From positions 1 to 29,662 of the IMG/VR virus record IMGVR_UViG_3300046009_005325: a stretch of 29,662 bases of DNA. One strand, written 5' to 3'. Positions 1 through 9,562 of this stretch are shown here, piece by piece (position 1 is the first letter of the stretch; every line of letters starts with the position of its first letter). The translations under genes and the position numbers were made by a program. The stretch is from a virus. Its lineage: Duplodnaviria > Caudoviricetes. Below the pieces are notes generated by a model that made no database searches, was not told the origin of the DNA, and worked only from the letters and a program-made list of their open reading frames with translations.

Positions 1-981
1 GGAGCACTACTTGAGAGCGTTGCGGATGTGGAAAAGCGGCGAGACGAGTTGTCACAGATGAACTCCCTCAAGCGACAAATGGGTGCGAGTGTGAAGAAGG
101 CACAGGACGAGAAGACCTTCTACGAGCAGAACACCGATTGCCCTGTGTGCAAGCACTCTCTGTCGGAGGATTTCCGCAAGGAGATGATGGGCAAGAAGGA
201 GTCCCGTGAGCGCGAATTGGATGCTGCTCTTGCCAAGATGAGCAGCATGATTACCGCTGCAAAGGCAGAGATGGACGCGAAGAGCGAGGTGCTTGCGGAG
301 ATTGAACGCAAGAAGCAGGAATCCCACCGTGCAGATTCTGCCATCACAAGCGCAAAACGCTACATTGCACAGTTGCAGGAACTGTCCGAAAAGACCCGCC
401 GTGAGCGGGAGTCCTTGCAGACCGAACGGGATGCCATGAGCGGATTGCAGCGGGACGCAGACGGCGCAGAGGATCGCAAGCGGGAACTGGTGCACGATCT
501 GCACACAATGGAGATTGCTTCCGTTCTCCTGAAGGACAGCGGCATCAAGCGCAAGATCATCCGCAAGTATATTCCTGCACTGAACAAGATCATCAACAAG
601 TATCTCATCTCTATGGACTTCTTTGCCCAGTTCACGCTGAACGAGGATTTCGTGGAGATCATCAAGAGCCGCCACCGTGACGAGTTTTCCTACGAGAACT
701 TCAGCGAGGGCGAGAAACTGCGCATTGACCTGTCGCTGCTCCTTGCGTGGCGGGACATTGCACGAATGAAGAATTGCGCAAACACCAACTTGCTTATTTT
801 GGACGAGGTGTTTGATTCTTCACTTGACGCAGTAGGCACAGAAGAAGTGATTAAGATATTGCAGGGCATGGGCAACAGCAACAATGTTTTTGTAATATCG
901 CATAAATCAGACCAACTGCTTGACAAGTTCCAAAACATACTTACCTTCAAGAAGTCCAACAACTTTAGCCGACTGACTTGA
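1..981 (+). CDS. gp46: T4 gp46-like recombination endonuclease ATPase subunit (Rad50/SbcC family), 5'-truncated by window edge
   Basis: Frame is open from base 1. Zinc-hook CPVC in coiled coil, signature FSEGEK, Walker B/D-loop LLILDEVFDSSLD, H-loop VISHK. Confidence 0.95.
   Translation, partial: GALLESVADVEKRRDELSQMNSLKRQMGASVKKAQDEKTFYEQNTDCPVCKHSLSEDFRKEMMGKKESRERELDAALAKMSSMITAAKAEMDAKSEVLAEIERKKQESHRADSAITSAKRYIAQLQELSEKTRRERESLQTERDAMSGLQRDADGAEDRKRELVHDLHTMEIASVLLKDSGIKRKIIRKYIPALNKIINKYLISMDFFAQFTLNEDFVEIIKSRHRDEFSYENFSEGEKLRIDLSLLLAWRDIARMKNCANTNLLILDEVFDSSLDAVGTEEVIKILQGMGNSNNVFVISHKSDQLLDKFQNILTFKKSNNFSRLT
920..947 (+). promoter_or_regulatory. sigma70-like early/middle promoter candidate TTGACA-N16-TACCTT
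   Basis: TTGACA 920-925 and TACCTT 942-947 inside the gp46 3' end, upstream of the next gene; same geometry as the copies at 18150, 19689 and 26180. Confidence 0.5.
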
Positions 982-983
982 CC

Positions 984-2084
984 ATGAGAAAACTTTCAAC
1001 CGAGCGCACGAACCGCATCCTTTCAGGTGGCGCGGAACCGCAGATTGATCCCTCCCTGAAGGGGGACGATTTGGATTCCGCAGTATTCAAGGCACTGTAT
1101 TGGTACAGGCAGAACTTCAAGATTGCACAGTCCAAGGATTGGGTGGAGCGGTGGCTCCGATCCGTGGGGCGTGGAGCAGACGCGGACATCTGCCATCGTG
1201 CGGACAAGTATCACTTCAAGGAGGTTGCACCGTATTGTCGTATGGCAAGCCGTGGTTTGCCCATGCCGCCTGCTGCCCTGAAGGAGATTGAGGATCTGCT
1301 GGCGAGCGCACGGGCGCACAAGGCTCCTGCCGTGGCGGAAACGGTTTCGGTGCAAGACAGGATACAGGCAAAGGCAAATGTCATCCTCACAAGCCTTGAG
1401 CCTGTGCTTGATGCCACGTTGGAGGCAGTGCTTGCGAAAAGCAAGGACAACCCCCTGAAGGCGTGGCTACAGTCACAGCAACTAAACCGCCCCACCATCA
1501 TGATTGTGAAAGAGCGGCTGCTGCGGACATTCCATGAACTGTCCCTAGCCTTTGACGGCAGCGACCCTGACTACGTGGAGGGGTATTCATATTTGAATCG
1601 GCGGCAATTGAAAACACTTGTCGGAATATTTGAAGAAAGCATTTCTTCACTTGATAACGCGATGGGAGTGCTGAAGGCATCGCGAAAGCCCCGCAAGCGA
1701 AAAGCAAAAAGTGCCGATGCCTTGGTGAAGCGATTAAATTACTTGAGCAGAAGTGCAGAGATGGGTGTTGACTCTGCCCGTCCCGAGAGTATCATTGGGT
1801 CACAAGGATTGATCGTGTTCAACACCAAGACAAACAAGGCAACGGTATTCGTGGCAGCAGAGCCGAAGGCAGGGCTTTCGGTGAAGGGATCCACGATCAT
1901 CGGCTACGACACGGACAAGTCCTTTGAGAAGACTGTGCGCAAGCCCGAAGAGTTCGTGAAGAACGGTGGTGGTTGCCGCAAGACATTCTCATCCGCATTG
2001 CGTTATCTCAATGGGGTGAAGACAAAGGCTGCTCCACCCACAGGTCGCGTAAACACCCATTGTCTCATCCTACAGGTACAGTAA
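984..2084 (+). CDS. Conserved hypothetical T4-like phage protein (~366 aa)
   Basis: Long ORF with backbone codon usage; ALYWY N-terminus, YVEGYSYL, RKPRKRK, and C-terminal GLSVKGSTIIGYD..KTVRKPE..GRVN pattern I associate with T4-like phage core hypotheticals. Start could be TTG 978. Confidence 0.75.
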   Translation: MRKLSTERTNRILSGGAEPQIDPSLKGDDLDSAVFKALYWYRQNFKIAQSKDWVERWLRSVGRGADADICHRADKYHFKEVAPYCRMASRGLPMPPAALKEIEDLLASARAHKAPAVAETVSVQDRIQAKANVILTSLEPVLDATLEAVLAKSKDNPLKAWLQSQQLNRPTIMIVKERLLRTFHELSLAFDGSDPDYVEGYSYLNRRQLKTLVGIFEESISSLDNAMGVLKASRKPRKRKAKSADALVKRLNYLSRSAEMGVDSARPESIIGSQGLIVFNTKTNKATVFVAAEPKAGLSVKGSTIIGYDTDKSFEKTVRKPEEFVKNGGGCRKTFSSALRYLNGVKTKAAPPTGRVNTHCLILQVQ

Positions 2085-2932
2085 TGATTCTCGTTGACAA
2101 CACACAAGTGATTCTCTCTTCCATTTTCGCACACCAAAAGAACGTGGAGAGCGTTGACGAGGACATGATCCGTCACATGGTGCTGAACACGTACAGGATG
2201 TACCGTAAGAAGTTCGGCAAGGAGTACGGCGAGTTGGTGATCTGTGAGGACGGCGGCGCATCGTGGCGGCGTGAGTTCTTCCCGCTGTACAAGGCAAACC
2301 GCCGAGCGGATCGCAAGGAAAATCAGGAGCAGTGGGATCGGTTCTACTCCATCATCAACAACATTCGTGCAGAGGTAGCGGAGCATTTCCCGTATCGCTG
2401 CGTCCATGTCCCCAAGTGCGAGGCAGACGATGTGATTGCGTACTTGGTGAAGCGTTACGCGCAGAGCGAAAAGATCCTTATTCTCAGTGGGGACAAGGAT
2501 TTTGGGCAACTCCACATTCACCCCAATGTGAAGCAGTATTCGCCCATCCTCAAGAAGTTCGTGGAGATTGAGAACCCAAAGGAGTTTCTGCTGGAGCATA
2601 TCGTCCGTGGAGACTCGTCCGATGGGGTTCCGAACATCCTTTCCGATGACGATTGCTTCATCACCGAGGACAAGCGACAGAAGCCTGTCACGAAGAAGCG
2701 GATGGAAGAGATTTTGGGAGAATACACGCAGAACGGACGGGTTAGTGACAAGCACGCTGCGAATTGGAACAGGAACAAGGTTCTCATTGATCTGCTCCAT
2801 ATTCCGCAGCAATACGAGGAGCGAATTGAAGTAGAGTGGAATAAGCCGTTTACCCCTTCACGCGGCAAGATTCTGAACTACATGATAGAGAAGGGACTAC
2901 GCAACCTTATAGGAGACATCCAGGACTTTTAA
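2084..2932 (+). CDS. rnh: T4-type RNase H (FEN/5'-3' exonuclease)
   Basis: MILVD start overlapping the upstream TAA; WRREFFPLYKANR, EADDVIA, SGDKDF, GDSSDGVPN motifs. Confidence 0.93.
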   Translation: MILVDNTQVILSSIFAHQKNVESVDEDMIRHMVLNTYRMYRKKFGKEYGELVICEDGGASWRREFFPLYKANRRADRKENQEQWDRFYSIINNIRAEVAEHFPYRCVHVPKCEADDVIAYLVKRYAQSEKILILSGDKDFGQLHIHPNVKQYSPILKKFVEIENPKEFLLEHIVRGDSSDGVPNILSDDDCFITEDKRQKPVTKKRMEEILGEYTQNGRVSDKHAANWNRNKVLIDLLHIPQQYEERIEVEWNKPFTPSRGKILNYMIEKGLRNLIGDIQDF

Positions 2933-3127
2933 ATGAACAACGACAGAGGCAGTTTCAACGATGGCTACGACCATCAGGACCGTGCAGCAAAGAAGGCTCG
3001 CAAGAACGTGGAGCGGAAGCACAAGAGCCGCCGCCGACACGATGCGAAGCAGGACTTGAAGCGTTTTGTGGACGATTACAATGCAGGAAAGCGAGATATT
3101 TACTATGGCGACGACGACAATGACTAA
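2933..3127 (+). CDS. Small charged hypothetical protein (64 aa)
   Basis: Abuts the rnh stop and overlaps the gp45 start; basic centre with acidic tail. Confidence 0.6.
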   Translation: MNNDRGSFNDGYDHQDRAAKKARKNVERKHKSRRRHDAKQDLKRFVDDYNAGKRDIYYGDDDND

Positions 3128-3815
3128 GCCCAGCACCATTACCCTCTCCAAGCGGACTCTTGACATCCTCAAGAATTTCGCAAGCATCAACGCAGGAATC
3201 ATCGTGAATGCTGGCAACACCATCAACACGATGGCAACCACGAAGAACATCATGGCAGAGGCACGTGTAGACGAGACATTCCCACGGGGGTTCTCCATCT
3301 ACGATCTGAACAAGTTCATCGGTTCGGTGAGTCTGTTCAAGGATCCTCAGTTCGTGCTGGAGGACAACTACATTCTCATCAAGAGCGGCAAGTCCAACAT
3401 CAAGTATTGGTATTGCGATCCCAAGTTGGTGGTTTCCACGAACAAGAAGATCACGATGCCTACGACGGTGGTGAAGTTTGACCTGTCTGCGAAGGATTTT
3501 GCGGAGGTGATGAAGGCAGCGTCCGTGCTTCAGGTGGCACACCTGTGCGTGTGCTCGTCCGAGGACGGGTCGCGCATTGAATTGACCGCGAAGGACATCA
3601 CGGACAGGACTTCCAATACCTTCTCCGTGGATGTGGGCGAGAATGCTTCAGGTGCGTCATTTGAGTTCATCATTGACGTTGAGAACCTGAAGATCCTGCC
3701 TGGTGACTACTCTGTTGAGATTTCAGAGCGGGTGGTTTCGCAGTTCACGAACAAGAATGAACCCATTCAATATTGGATCGCGCTGAACGCCAACTCCACC
3801 TACGAGGCAGGATAA
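3105..3815 (+). CDS. gp45: DNA polymerase sliding clamp
   Basis: LSKRTLDILKNFASIN, FSIYDLNKF, ENLKILPGDY, YWIAL motifs; start ATG 3105 or 3120. Confidence 0.93.
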   Translation: MATTTMTKPSTITLSKRTLDILKNFASINAGIIVNAGNTINTMATTKNIMAEARVDETFPRGFSIYDLNKFIGSVSLFKDPQFVLEDNYILIKSGKSNIKYWYCDPKLVVSTNKKITMPTTVVKFDLSAKDFAEVMKAASVLQVAHLCVCSSEDGSRIELTAKDITDRTSNTFSVDVGENASGASFEFIIDVENLKILPGDYSVEISERVVSQFTNKNEPIQYWIALNANSTYEAG

Positions 3816-4381
3816 ATGCGTTTTGGTCTGATCCTGAACCAAGATGGGTGATTTGGATTGTCCAATCTCTTCCTTACGCATTTTGGACATCCAATAGAAC
3901 GGAAATAGTCTTCTGCTTGTTTTATGGAATCAAATGTCATTCCTTCACAAGAGACAGGATACGAGTTTGCTCTGCTTATTTGCTTCTTCGTTTCTTCTGA
4001 AAGATGTTTGCCAAGCATTCCGTATGTGGCGTAGTCTTGTGGTTTTTTGGAAGAGTGGTATTTTTGCATACTGCTCAACCATTTTTCAGATTTTGACATA
4101 TCGCCACCTTCACCGCCGTTTGTCATGTTGTATGTCGGTGACAGAAGTTTAATCCAATATTGTTCCCTTTTATTCAGGTCATCATCGGTGTTTATGTTTT
4201 CCTCAATCACGGTCAACAAAAACGCATTCTTTCCATGCTTTCGCATAGAGTTGTATAAGTGAGAAACGATACCCAACCGAGCATTTTTAAAATGACGATT
4301 GAGCCTCTTCTTTGGATCATTTTTTGTCTTACCAATGTAAGTTTCGTTGGTTATGTTATTTTTTATTTGATAGATAAACAT
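3800..4381 (-). mobile_element. Free-standing GIY-YIG homing endonuclease (Seg-like) with NUMOD3-like motif
   Basis: FIYQI..TYIGKT..R..H, REQYWI..YNMTNGGEG, GKHLSEETKKQIS. AT-rich, the only minus-strand gene, inserted between gp45 and gp44. Confidence 0.9.
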
Positions 4382-4390
4382 GGTAGTTAG

Positions 4391-4418
4391 TTGAAAACTA
4401 TCGTCCCTCCTGTAATAT
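4391..4418 (+). promoter_or_regulatory. Promoter candidate for gp44 (TTGAAA-N16-TAATAT), possibly leaderless
   Basis: TTGAAA 4391-4396 and TAATAT 4413-4418; ATG 4426 follows 7 nt later with no SD. Confidence 0.4.
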
Positions 4419-4423
4419 GTATA
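4416..4423 (-). promoter_or_regulatory. T4 late-promoter-like TATACATA upstream of the homing endonuclease
   Basis: One mismatch to TATAAATA, ~35 nt upstream of the endonuclease ATG on the minus strand. Confidence 0.35.
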
Positions 4424-4425
4424 CT

Positions 4426-5379
4426 ATGAACATTACTACACAAACAATCGGACTTTGGACGGAGAAATACAGACCGCAAAAAGTGGCAGACTGTATTCTG
4501 CCGCAGGATACGCATGAAACGTTCATGCAGATGGTCGGGCGTGGCGAGCCGCAGAACCTCCTACTTAGCGGAGGGGCAGGCTGCGGAAAGACTTCTGTTG
4601 CGCGAGCACTGTGCAATGACTTGGGCTGCGACTACATTGTGGTCAACTGCTCCGAGGACGGCAACATTGACACGCTACGAACACGGATCCGAAACTTTGC
4701 GTCCACCGTGTCACTCACGGAGGGCGTGAAGAAGGTGGTGATATTGGACGAGTTTGACTATTCAAATGCTCAGTCCACTCAACCCGCCCTTCGCGGTTTC
4801 ATTGAGGAGTTTGCGGACAACTGCCGCTTCATCCTCACGTGCAACTTCAAGAATCGCATCATTGAGCCGCTGCACTCACGATGCACGTGCATTGACTTCC
4901 GCATCCCCAACAAGCAGAAGCCGCAGATGGCAGCAAAGTTCTTGCAGCGTGCAGAGGACATCCTGAAGGCAGAGGGGATCGCTTACGAGCAGAAGGTGGT
5001 TGCGGAACTGATCACCAAGCACTTCCCTGATTTCCGCCGCACCCTGAACGAGTTGCAGCGGTATTCGGTGAACGGGAAGATTGATGTGGGCATCCTACAG
5101 AGCATGGGGGATGTGCAGATCAAGGCATTGGTGAAGGCAATGAAGGGCAAGGATTTCCCGTCTGTGCGGAAGTGGGTGGTGGACAACTTGGACAACGATC
5201 AGACCCGCATCTACCGTTCCATCTACGATTGCCTGTACGAGAACTTGGACGGCGCGTCCATCCCACAGGCAATCCTTATCCTTGCGGACTACCAATACAA
5301 GGCAGCGTTTGCGGCAGATCCGGAGATCAACCTGACCGCGTGTGTGGTCCAGTTGATGATGGAGGTAAAGTTCAAGTGA
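4426..5379 (+). CDS. gp44: Clamp loader large (AAA+) subunit
   Basis: WTEKYRP, Walker A GGAGCGKT, Walker B ILDEFD, SRC motif, FPDFRRTLNELQ. Confidence 0.95.
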   Translation: MNITTQTIGLWTEKYRPQKVADCILPQDTHETFMQMVGRGEPQNLLLSGGAGCGKTSVARALCNDLGCDYIVVNCSEDGNIDTLRTRIRNFASTVSLTEGVKKVVILDEFDYSNAQSTQPALRGFIEEFADNCRFILTCNFKNRIIEPLHSRCTCIDFRIPNKQKPQMAAKFLQRAEDILKAEGIAYEQKVVAELITKHFPDFRRTLNELQRYSVNGKIDVGILQSMGDVQIKALVKAMKGKDFPSVRKWVVDNLDNDQTRIYRSIYDCLYENLDGASIPQAILILADYQYKAAFAADPEINLTACVVQLMMEVKFK

Positions 5380-5765
5380 CCTACGGGCTGTCTGATTATT
5401 TGAATGCCATCAACGTGAGCAAGGAACCCCTAATGGACGAGAGCGAGGGGTATGCGAAGCAGTCGTATCCTCCGTTCGTGGTGACGCGGTGCCTGTCGTA
5501 TTTCCCCGACACCCTGTTCATGGTGAACGAGATGAACACCCGACCCCACACCGATTCAAAAATGCACTTTGACTTCCTACGTCACGCAGTGCGCCCACGG
5601 AAGCGGTTCTCCAAGTGGCTGAAGCGGGAGGAGGACGAGCGTGTGGGTGCGTTGGTGGAGTATTACGGCATATCGTCCCGCAAGGCACGGGAGGCATTAC
5701 GAGTCTTGACCGAAGAGGAGATTGGGGAGATAGTGAAGGCTACCTTCAAGGGTGGAAAGCAGTAA
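5376..5765 (+). CDS. gp62: Clamp loader small subunit
   Basis: GTG start overlapping the gp44 TGA, with GGAGGT SD; YPPFVVTRCLSYFPDT..NEMN, RPRKRFSKW, YYG.S..KA, C-terminal KGG. Confidence 0.9.
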   Translation: MTYGLSDYLNAINVSKEPLMDESEGYAKQSYPPFVVTRCLSYFPDTLFMVNEMNTRPHTDSKMHFDFLRHAVRPRKRFSKWLKREEDERVGALVEYYGISSRKAREALRVLTEEEIGEIVKATFKGGKQ

Positions 5766-5776
5766 ATATCTAAATA
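5763..5776 (+). promoter_or_regulatory. Tandem TAAATA late-promoter-like boxes upstream of regA
   Basis: TAAATA at 5763-5768 and 5771-5776 at the start of the 50-bp intergenic gap; AGGAG SD follows. Confidence 0.45.
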
Positions 5777-5815
5777 GTTCCGTGTCTATTCGGTATTAAC
5801 AGGAGTGACCATAGC

Positions 5816-6250
5816 ATGGAACAAAACGAACGCTACATTGACCTTGAGGTGCATGATCTCCTTGAGGTTACACTGCAAAAACCCGATGACTTCCTGAAGG
5901 TTCGCGAAACACTTACCCGTATCGGTGTGTCTTCACGAACAGAAAAGAAACTGTGGCAATCGTGCCACATCCTGCACAAGCGCGGCAAGTATTACATTGT
6001 GCACTTCAAAGAAATGTTTGCACTAGATGATCTACCCACATCCATCAACTCCGAGGACATTGGACGGCGCAATACCGTTGCGTGTCTGCTGGAGGAGTGG
6101 GGGCTGCTGAAAGTGGTGGACAAGAACAAGGCTATTGAAAAGGTTCCCCTGAACAAAATAAAGATTCTTCCCTACAAGGAAAAGAACGAGTGGGAACTGT
6201 GCCCTAAATACCACATAGGACGGTCAAAGAAAGACATGAAACCAGAGTGA
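5816..6250 (+). CDS. regA: Translational repressor RegA
   Basis: DDFLKVRETLTRIGV, QSCHILHKRGKYYIVHFKE, RRNT...LL.EWGL, W.L.PKY.IG. Confidence 0.96.
   Translation: MEQNERYIDLEVHDLLEVTLQKPDDFLKVRETLTRIGVSSRTEKKLWQSCHILHKRGKYYIVHFKEMFALDDLPTSINSEDIGRRNTVACLLEEWGLLKVVDKNKAIEKVPLNKIKILPYKEKNEWELCPKYHIGRSKKDMKPE
6204..6210 (+). promoter_or_regulatory. Late-promoter-like CTAAATA at the regA 3' end, upstream of the glycan island
   Basis: CTAAATA ~55 nt before ATG 6266; it also encodes the conserved RegA PKY, so it may be coincidental. Confidence 0.3.
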
Positions 6251-6265
6251 CAACGGAGATTCATT

Positions 6266-6973
6266 ATGAGCAGACTTGTGATCAAGTTCCCCACGCGGAA
6301 CCGACCTGAAAAGTTCAAGACAGTGTTCACGCGATACCTCACCTTCCTTAGCGGACGGCACGATACTCAATTCGTGATCACGATGGACACCGATGATCCC
6401 ACCATGAACAACGACGAGATGCGTCAGTGGTTGGATACCCGTGCGAAGAATGCCCACATCACCTACCACTACGGTGAGTCCAAGACGAAGATTGAGGCTT
6501 GCAACGCGGACTTGGAGGGCGTGGACGGCGATGTCCTGATGCTCGCGTCCGATGACATGGTGCCTGTGCAGATGGGCTACGACGAGATCGTGTTCGGATG
6601 CTTTGGGCAGGCATTCCCTGATTACGATGGTGCGATCAAGTTCTGGGACGGACTGCGCCCGAAGGAAGATATGCTCATGACTCTTACGGTGATGGGGTTT
6701 CCCCTCTACCGCAAGTTCGGCTACATCTACCACCCGTCATACAAGTCTCTGTATTGCGACAACGAGCAGACGCAGGTGTGTGCTGCCCTGAAGAAACTGG
6801 TGCGCTGCGATATGTGCATCATTCAGCACCAGTGGAGCGGCGAGCCGTGGGATGAACTCCATGCTCGCAACGAGAACCGTGAAATGTATGGAGTAGACGG
6901 TGAGAACTTCAAGTCTCGCTCTGCTCGCAAGTTTGACATGGAGGAAATGTTCAATGCCAGTGCCAGCCGATGA
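6266..6973 (+). CDS. Putative GT2/GT-A fold glycosyltransferase
   Basis: N-terminal KFPTRNRP, VLMLASDDM (DxD-like), YCDNE acidic motif, late H-x-W. Confidence 0.75.
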   Translation: MSRLVIKFPTRNRPEKFKTVFTRYLTFLSGRHDTQFVITMDTDDPTMNNDEMRQWLDTRAKNAHITYHYGESKTKIEACNADLEGVDGDVLMLASDDMVPVQMGYDEIVFGCFGQAFPDYDGAIKFWDGLRPKEDMLMTLTVMGFPLYRKFGYIYHPSYKSLYCDNEQTQVCAALKKLVRCDMCIIQHQWSGEPWDELHARNENREMYGVDGENFKSRSARKFDMEEMFNASASR

Positions 6974-7595
6974 AATCAAGTTCAGCATTCTCATACTGTC
7001 CATTCCGTCCCGCATCAAGTCACTGACCGCTGCGGTAGAGCAGTTGCAGGCACAAGCCGATGGGACAGGACAACCGAAGTCTGTTGAGGTTCTTGTCCTC
7101 TTGGACAACCGCTCCAAGAGCATCTCAGAAAAGCGAAACGACCTGTTGGGCATTGCCCGTGGCAAGTATGTGGCATTCCTTGATGATGACGACGCGATCA
7201 GCAAGGATTACATGGAGAAGATCCTGAAGGCAATAGACGAGCATGACGGAGTGGACTGCATTACCTTCAACCAATGGTGCAGCCTGGATGGTGAGCCAAT
7301 GGATGTGGAGTTTGGGGTCGGCAATCCTCACGGGCAGTTGTGGCGCGACGAGGACGGATTCCTTGGAGACATCAAGCGACCACCCTACCATATGTGCGTG
7401 TGGCGGCGTGAGATTGCGCAGAGCGAGCCATTCCGTCCCGTGTACGGCGCGAACGGGCAGTCCAGCGAGGACATTGATTGGCTACTGCGCCTGTATCCAA
7501 AGGTTCAAACGGAGCATCACATTCCCGATGCCCTACACGGATACATCTACAGTTCGCAGACCACTACCTCCCTTGTCCCACAGGACCAGCAGTGA
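6954..7595 (+). CDS. GT2 family glycosyltransferase
   Basis: SILILSIPSR, KRN...ARGKYVAFLDDDD, EDIDW; GGAGGA SD before ATG 6954. Confidence 0.85.
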   Translation: MPVPADEIKFSILILSIPSRIKSLTAAVEQLQAQADGTGQPKSVEVLVLLDNRSKSISEKRNDLLGIARGKYVAFLDDDDAISKDYMEKILKAIDEHDGVDCITFNQWCSLDGEPMDVEFGVGNPHGQLWRDEDGFLGDIKRPPYHMCVWRREIAQSEPFRPVYGANGQSSEDIDWLLRLYPKVQTEHHIPDALHGYIYSSQTTTSLVPQDQQ

Positions 7596-8293
7596 AAGCA
7601 ATCTGCTATAGTCTGTGGGGAGACAATCCCACATACACAATTGGTGCCGTAAAAAATGCAGATGGAGCAGCGATTCTGTTTCCTGATTGGACTTGCATTT
7701 TTTACTGTTTTCAATCTGTCCCACTCACCATTATTGAAGAATTGAAATCTCGTTCAAATGTACTTGTGCGGATGGTGGACAGAGAGTACAGTCCTTCTGA
7801 CAGCAGGGGAATGTTTAACCGATTCCTGCCTGCTGATGAGGATGGAGTAGAGTACATGATGAGCCGAGACACCGATTCACGACTATCCGAACGAGAGCGC
7901 CTCGCTGTTGATGAGTGGCTGCGGAGTGGAGCGGATCTGCACATCATGCGCGACCATCCGTATCACGGTGTTCCCATGCTTGGGGGTATGTGGGGAGTGA
8001 AGGGTGGAAGGCTGAAGGGAATAGCCCAAGCGATGCAGGACTTCAAGCCTACGGAAAACAAGGGTCAAGATCAGGCATTCCTGTGGGGATGGATTTGGGA
8101 GAAGGCAAAGACGGGACAACTTTCCGTCTGTGCACACGATCAGTTCTTTCAGAAGGTTCCATTTCCTGTGGGTGCAAAGCGCGGAGCAGAGAACGGCGGC
8201 GTATGGTTTGTGGGGCAGTGCTTTGACGAGAACGATGTGTTCAACAGTCAGAGCGATGTTGATGTACTACTCGGGAGTAATGCAAATGTATAG
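7592..8293 (+). CDS. Conserved hypothetical, putative GT-A-like glycan enzyme
   Basis: GTG start overlapping the upstream TGA; YSLWGDNP.Y, SRDTDSR (DxD), MRDHPYH, GGMWG, DQAFL. Confidence 0.6.
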   Translation: MKAICYSLWGDNPTYTIGAVKNADGAAILFPDWTCIFYCFQSVPLTIIEELKSRSNVLVRMVDREYSPSDSRGMFNRFLPADEDGVEYMMSRDTDSRLSERERLAVDEWLRSGADLHIMRDHPYHGVPMLGGMWGVKGGRLKGIAQAMQDFKPTENKGQDQAFLWGWIWEKAKTGQLSVCAHDQFFQKVPFPVGAKRGAENGGVWFVGQCFDENDVFNSQSDVDVLLGSNANV

Positions 8294-8921
8294 ATCAGAA
8301 TTTCCTTATACCGATCCTTTGTTCACAAAGTTTATCAACAAGCCGATCAGAACTATTGTTGAATTAGGATGTAATAGATTTCAATACACATATGACCTTC
8401 TTGAAAAGTATAATCCAACCACTCTATATGCTTTTGAGGCTCATCCAAAATGCTATGAACACTGCATCAATTCCACAACAGACAACAGAATACAATTCGT
8501 TCCCAAAGCCGTTTGTTCCTATGATGGCACTACTAATTTCTACGGTCTTGGTTTCACGGATGATACAACTTGCTCGTCAGTATATGAGAGACAACATTTG
8601 GCTGAACTACAAGAATCAGCCATAACGGTTGAATGCACCAGACTAGACACATTCTTCAAGGGTAAATCCGACACGAAAATAGATCTACTGTGTATGGATA
8701 TTCAAGGATCCGAGTTGGACGCAATGATTAGTCTAGGAACTATGATACAGGATGTTCAGTACATAATATTAGAAATGCCCAACCGAGGAATGAATGTTCA
8801 TAAGAATTGTCCAAACCACGAAGATTACATTCTGTTTTTCATGAAGAATGGCTTTGATGTTTTGGGTTCTATATGGGAGAATGATTGGGAAAATAATGTG
8901 TTAGTAGGAAGAGTGCCATGA
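8286..8921 (+). CDS. FkbM-family SAM-dependent methyltransferase
   Basis: IVELGCN, YAFEAHP, TRLDTF, IDLLCMDIQGSEL, YIILE; GGAG SD before ATG 8286. Confidence 0.85.
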   Translation: MYRSEFPYTDPLFTKFINKPIRTIVELGCNRFQYTYDLLEKYNPTTLYAFEAHPKCYEHCINSTTDNRIQFVPKAVCSYDGTTNFYGLGFTDDTTCSSVYERQHLAELQESAITVECTRLDTFFKGKSDTKIDLLCMDIQGSELDAMISLGTMIQDVQYIILEMPNRGMNVHKNCPNHEDYILFFMKNGFDVLGSIWENDWENNVLVGRVP

Positions 8922-9559
8922 AAACTGCTATCGTGATTTCGGGAGAACCCAGAACATTCACGGATTGCTATCCATCTCTTGATGCTTGCATTTTGTCAAA
9001 AAACAAGTGTGATATTTTCTTACATCTATACGAAGACGAAAACACTTCTGATGTATTGAAAGTGCTATCGCCAAAGATATGGTTGATTGAGAAAAAAAAA
9101 GAAGTGGCATTTGATGTTCCATCCATTTGCGAGACAAACAAACCACCAGAAGTAAGTGCCTTCTCAACCATGTGTCAATGGAGAAACATTCAAAAAGCAT
9201 TTGGTCTTATTGATGACTACTATGATTGCGTATTGAAAACTCGTTATGATATCAAGTACACCAATCCACTGATTCTTGAAAAATACAATATGGACTGTCT
9301 TAATGTGCCTATAGGTGGAGATTGGAGAGGTGGACTGTTTGATATGCTTGCGTTTGGTTCTTTGCGATTGATGAAAAACTATTGTTGTCTTTTTGATAGA
9401 ATTCAACAATATTGCGAATCGGGAGTTCCTTGTCATTCCGAAACACTCAACAGATTCAATAACAGAAATGCTCTTATCCATCGGTTTGACTACACTGTGC
9501 TACTAAGAAGGCAATTTGATCGCGGATACATAGAAGACAGAGTGTTTACCTTGAGGTGA
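8918..9559 (+). CDS. Hypothetical glycan-locus protein (putative glycosyltransferase-like)
   Basis: KTAIVISGEPR, DIFLH, YDCVLKTRYDI, DMLAFG, HSETL pattern; coupled by ATGA overlap. Confidence 0.55.
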   Translation: MKTAIVISGEPRTFTDCYPSLDACILSKNKCDIFLHLYEDENTSDVLKVLSPKIWLIEKKKEVAFDVPSICETNKPPEVSAFSTMCQWRNIQKAFGLIDDYYDCVLKTRYDIKYTNPLILEKYNMDCLNVPIGGDWRGGLFDMLAFGSLRLMKNYCCLFDRIQQYCESGVPCHSETLNRFNNRNALIHRFDYTVLLRRQFDRGYIEDRVFTLR

Positions 9560-9562
9560 TTC

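Noticed and set aside
3160-3187. TTGACATCCTC inside gp45, identical to the start of the 18150 promoter
   Set aside because: No TAnnnT at the 16-bp spacing and it sits within conserved coding sequence (LDIL).
5773-5790. AATAG...CTATT hairpin upstream of regA; also TAGTT...AACTA at 4384-4400
   Set aside because: Only 5-bp AT-rich stems with no U-tract; too weak to call a terminator or operator.
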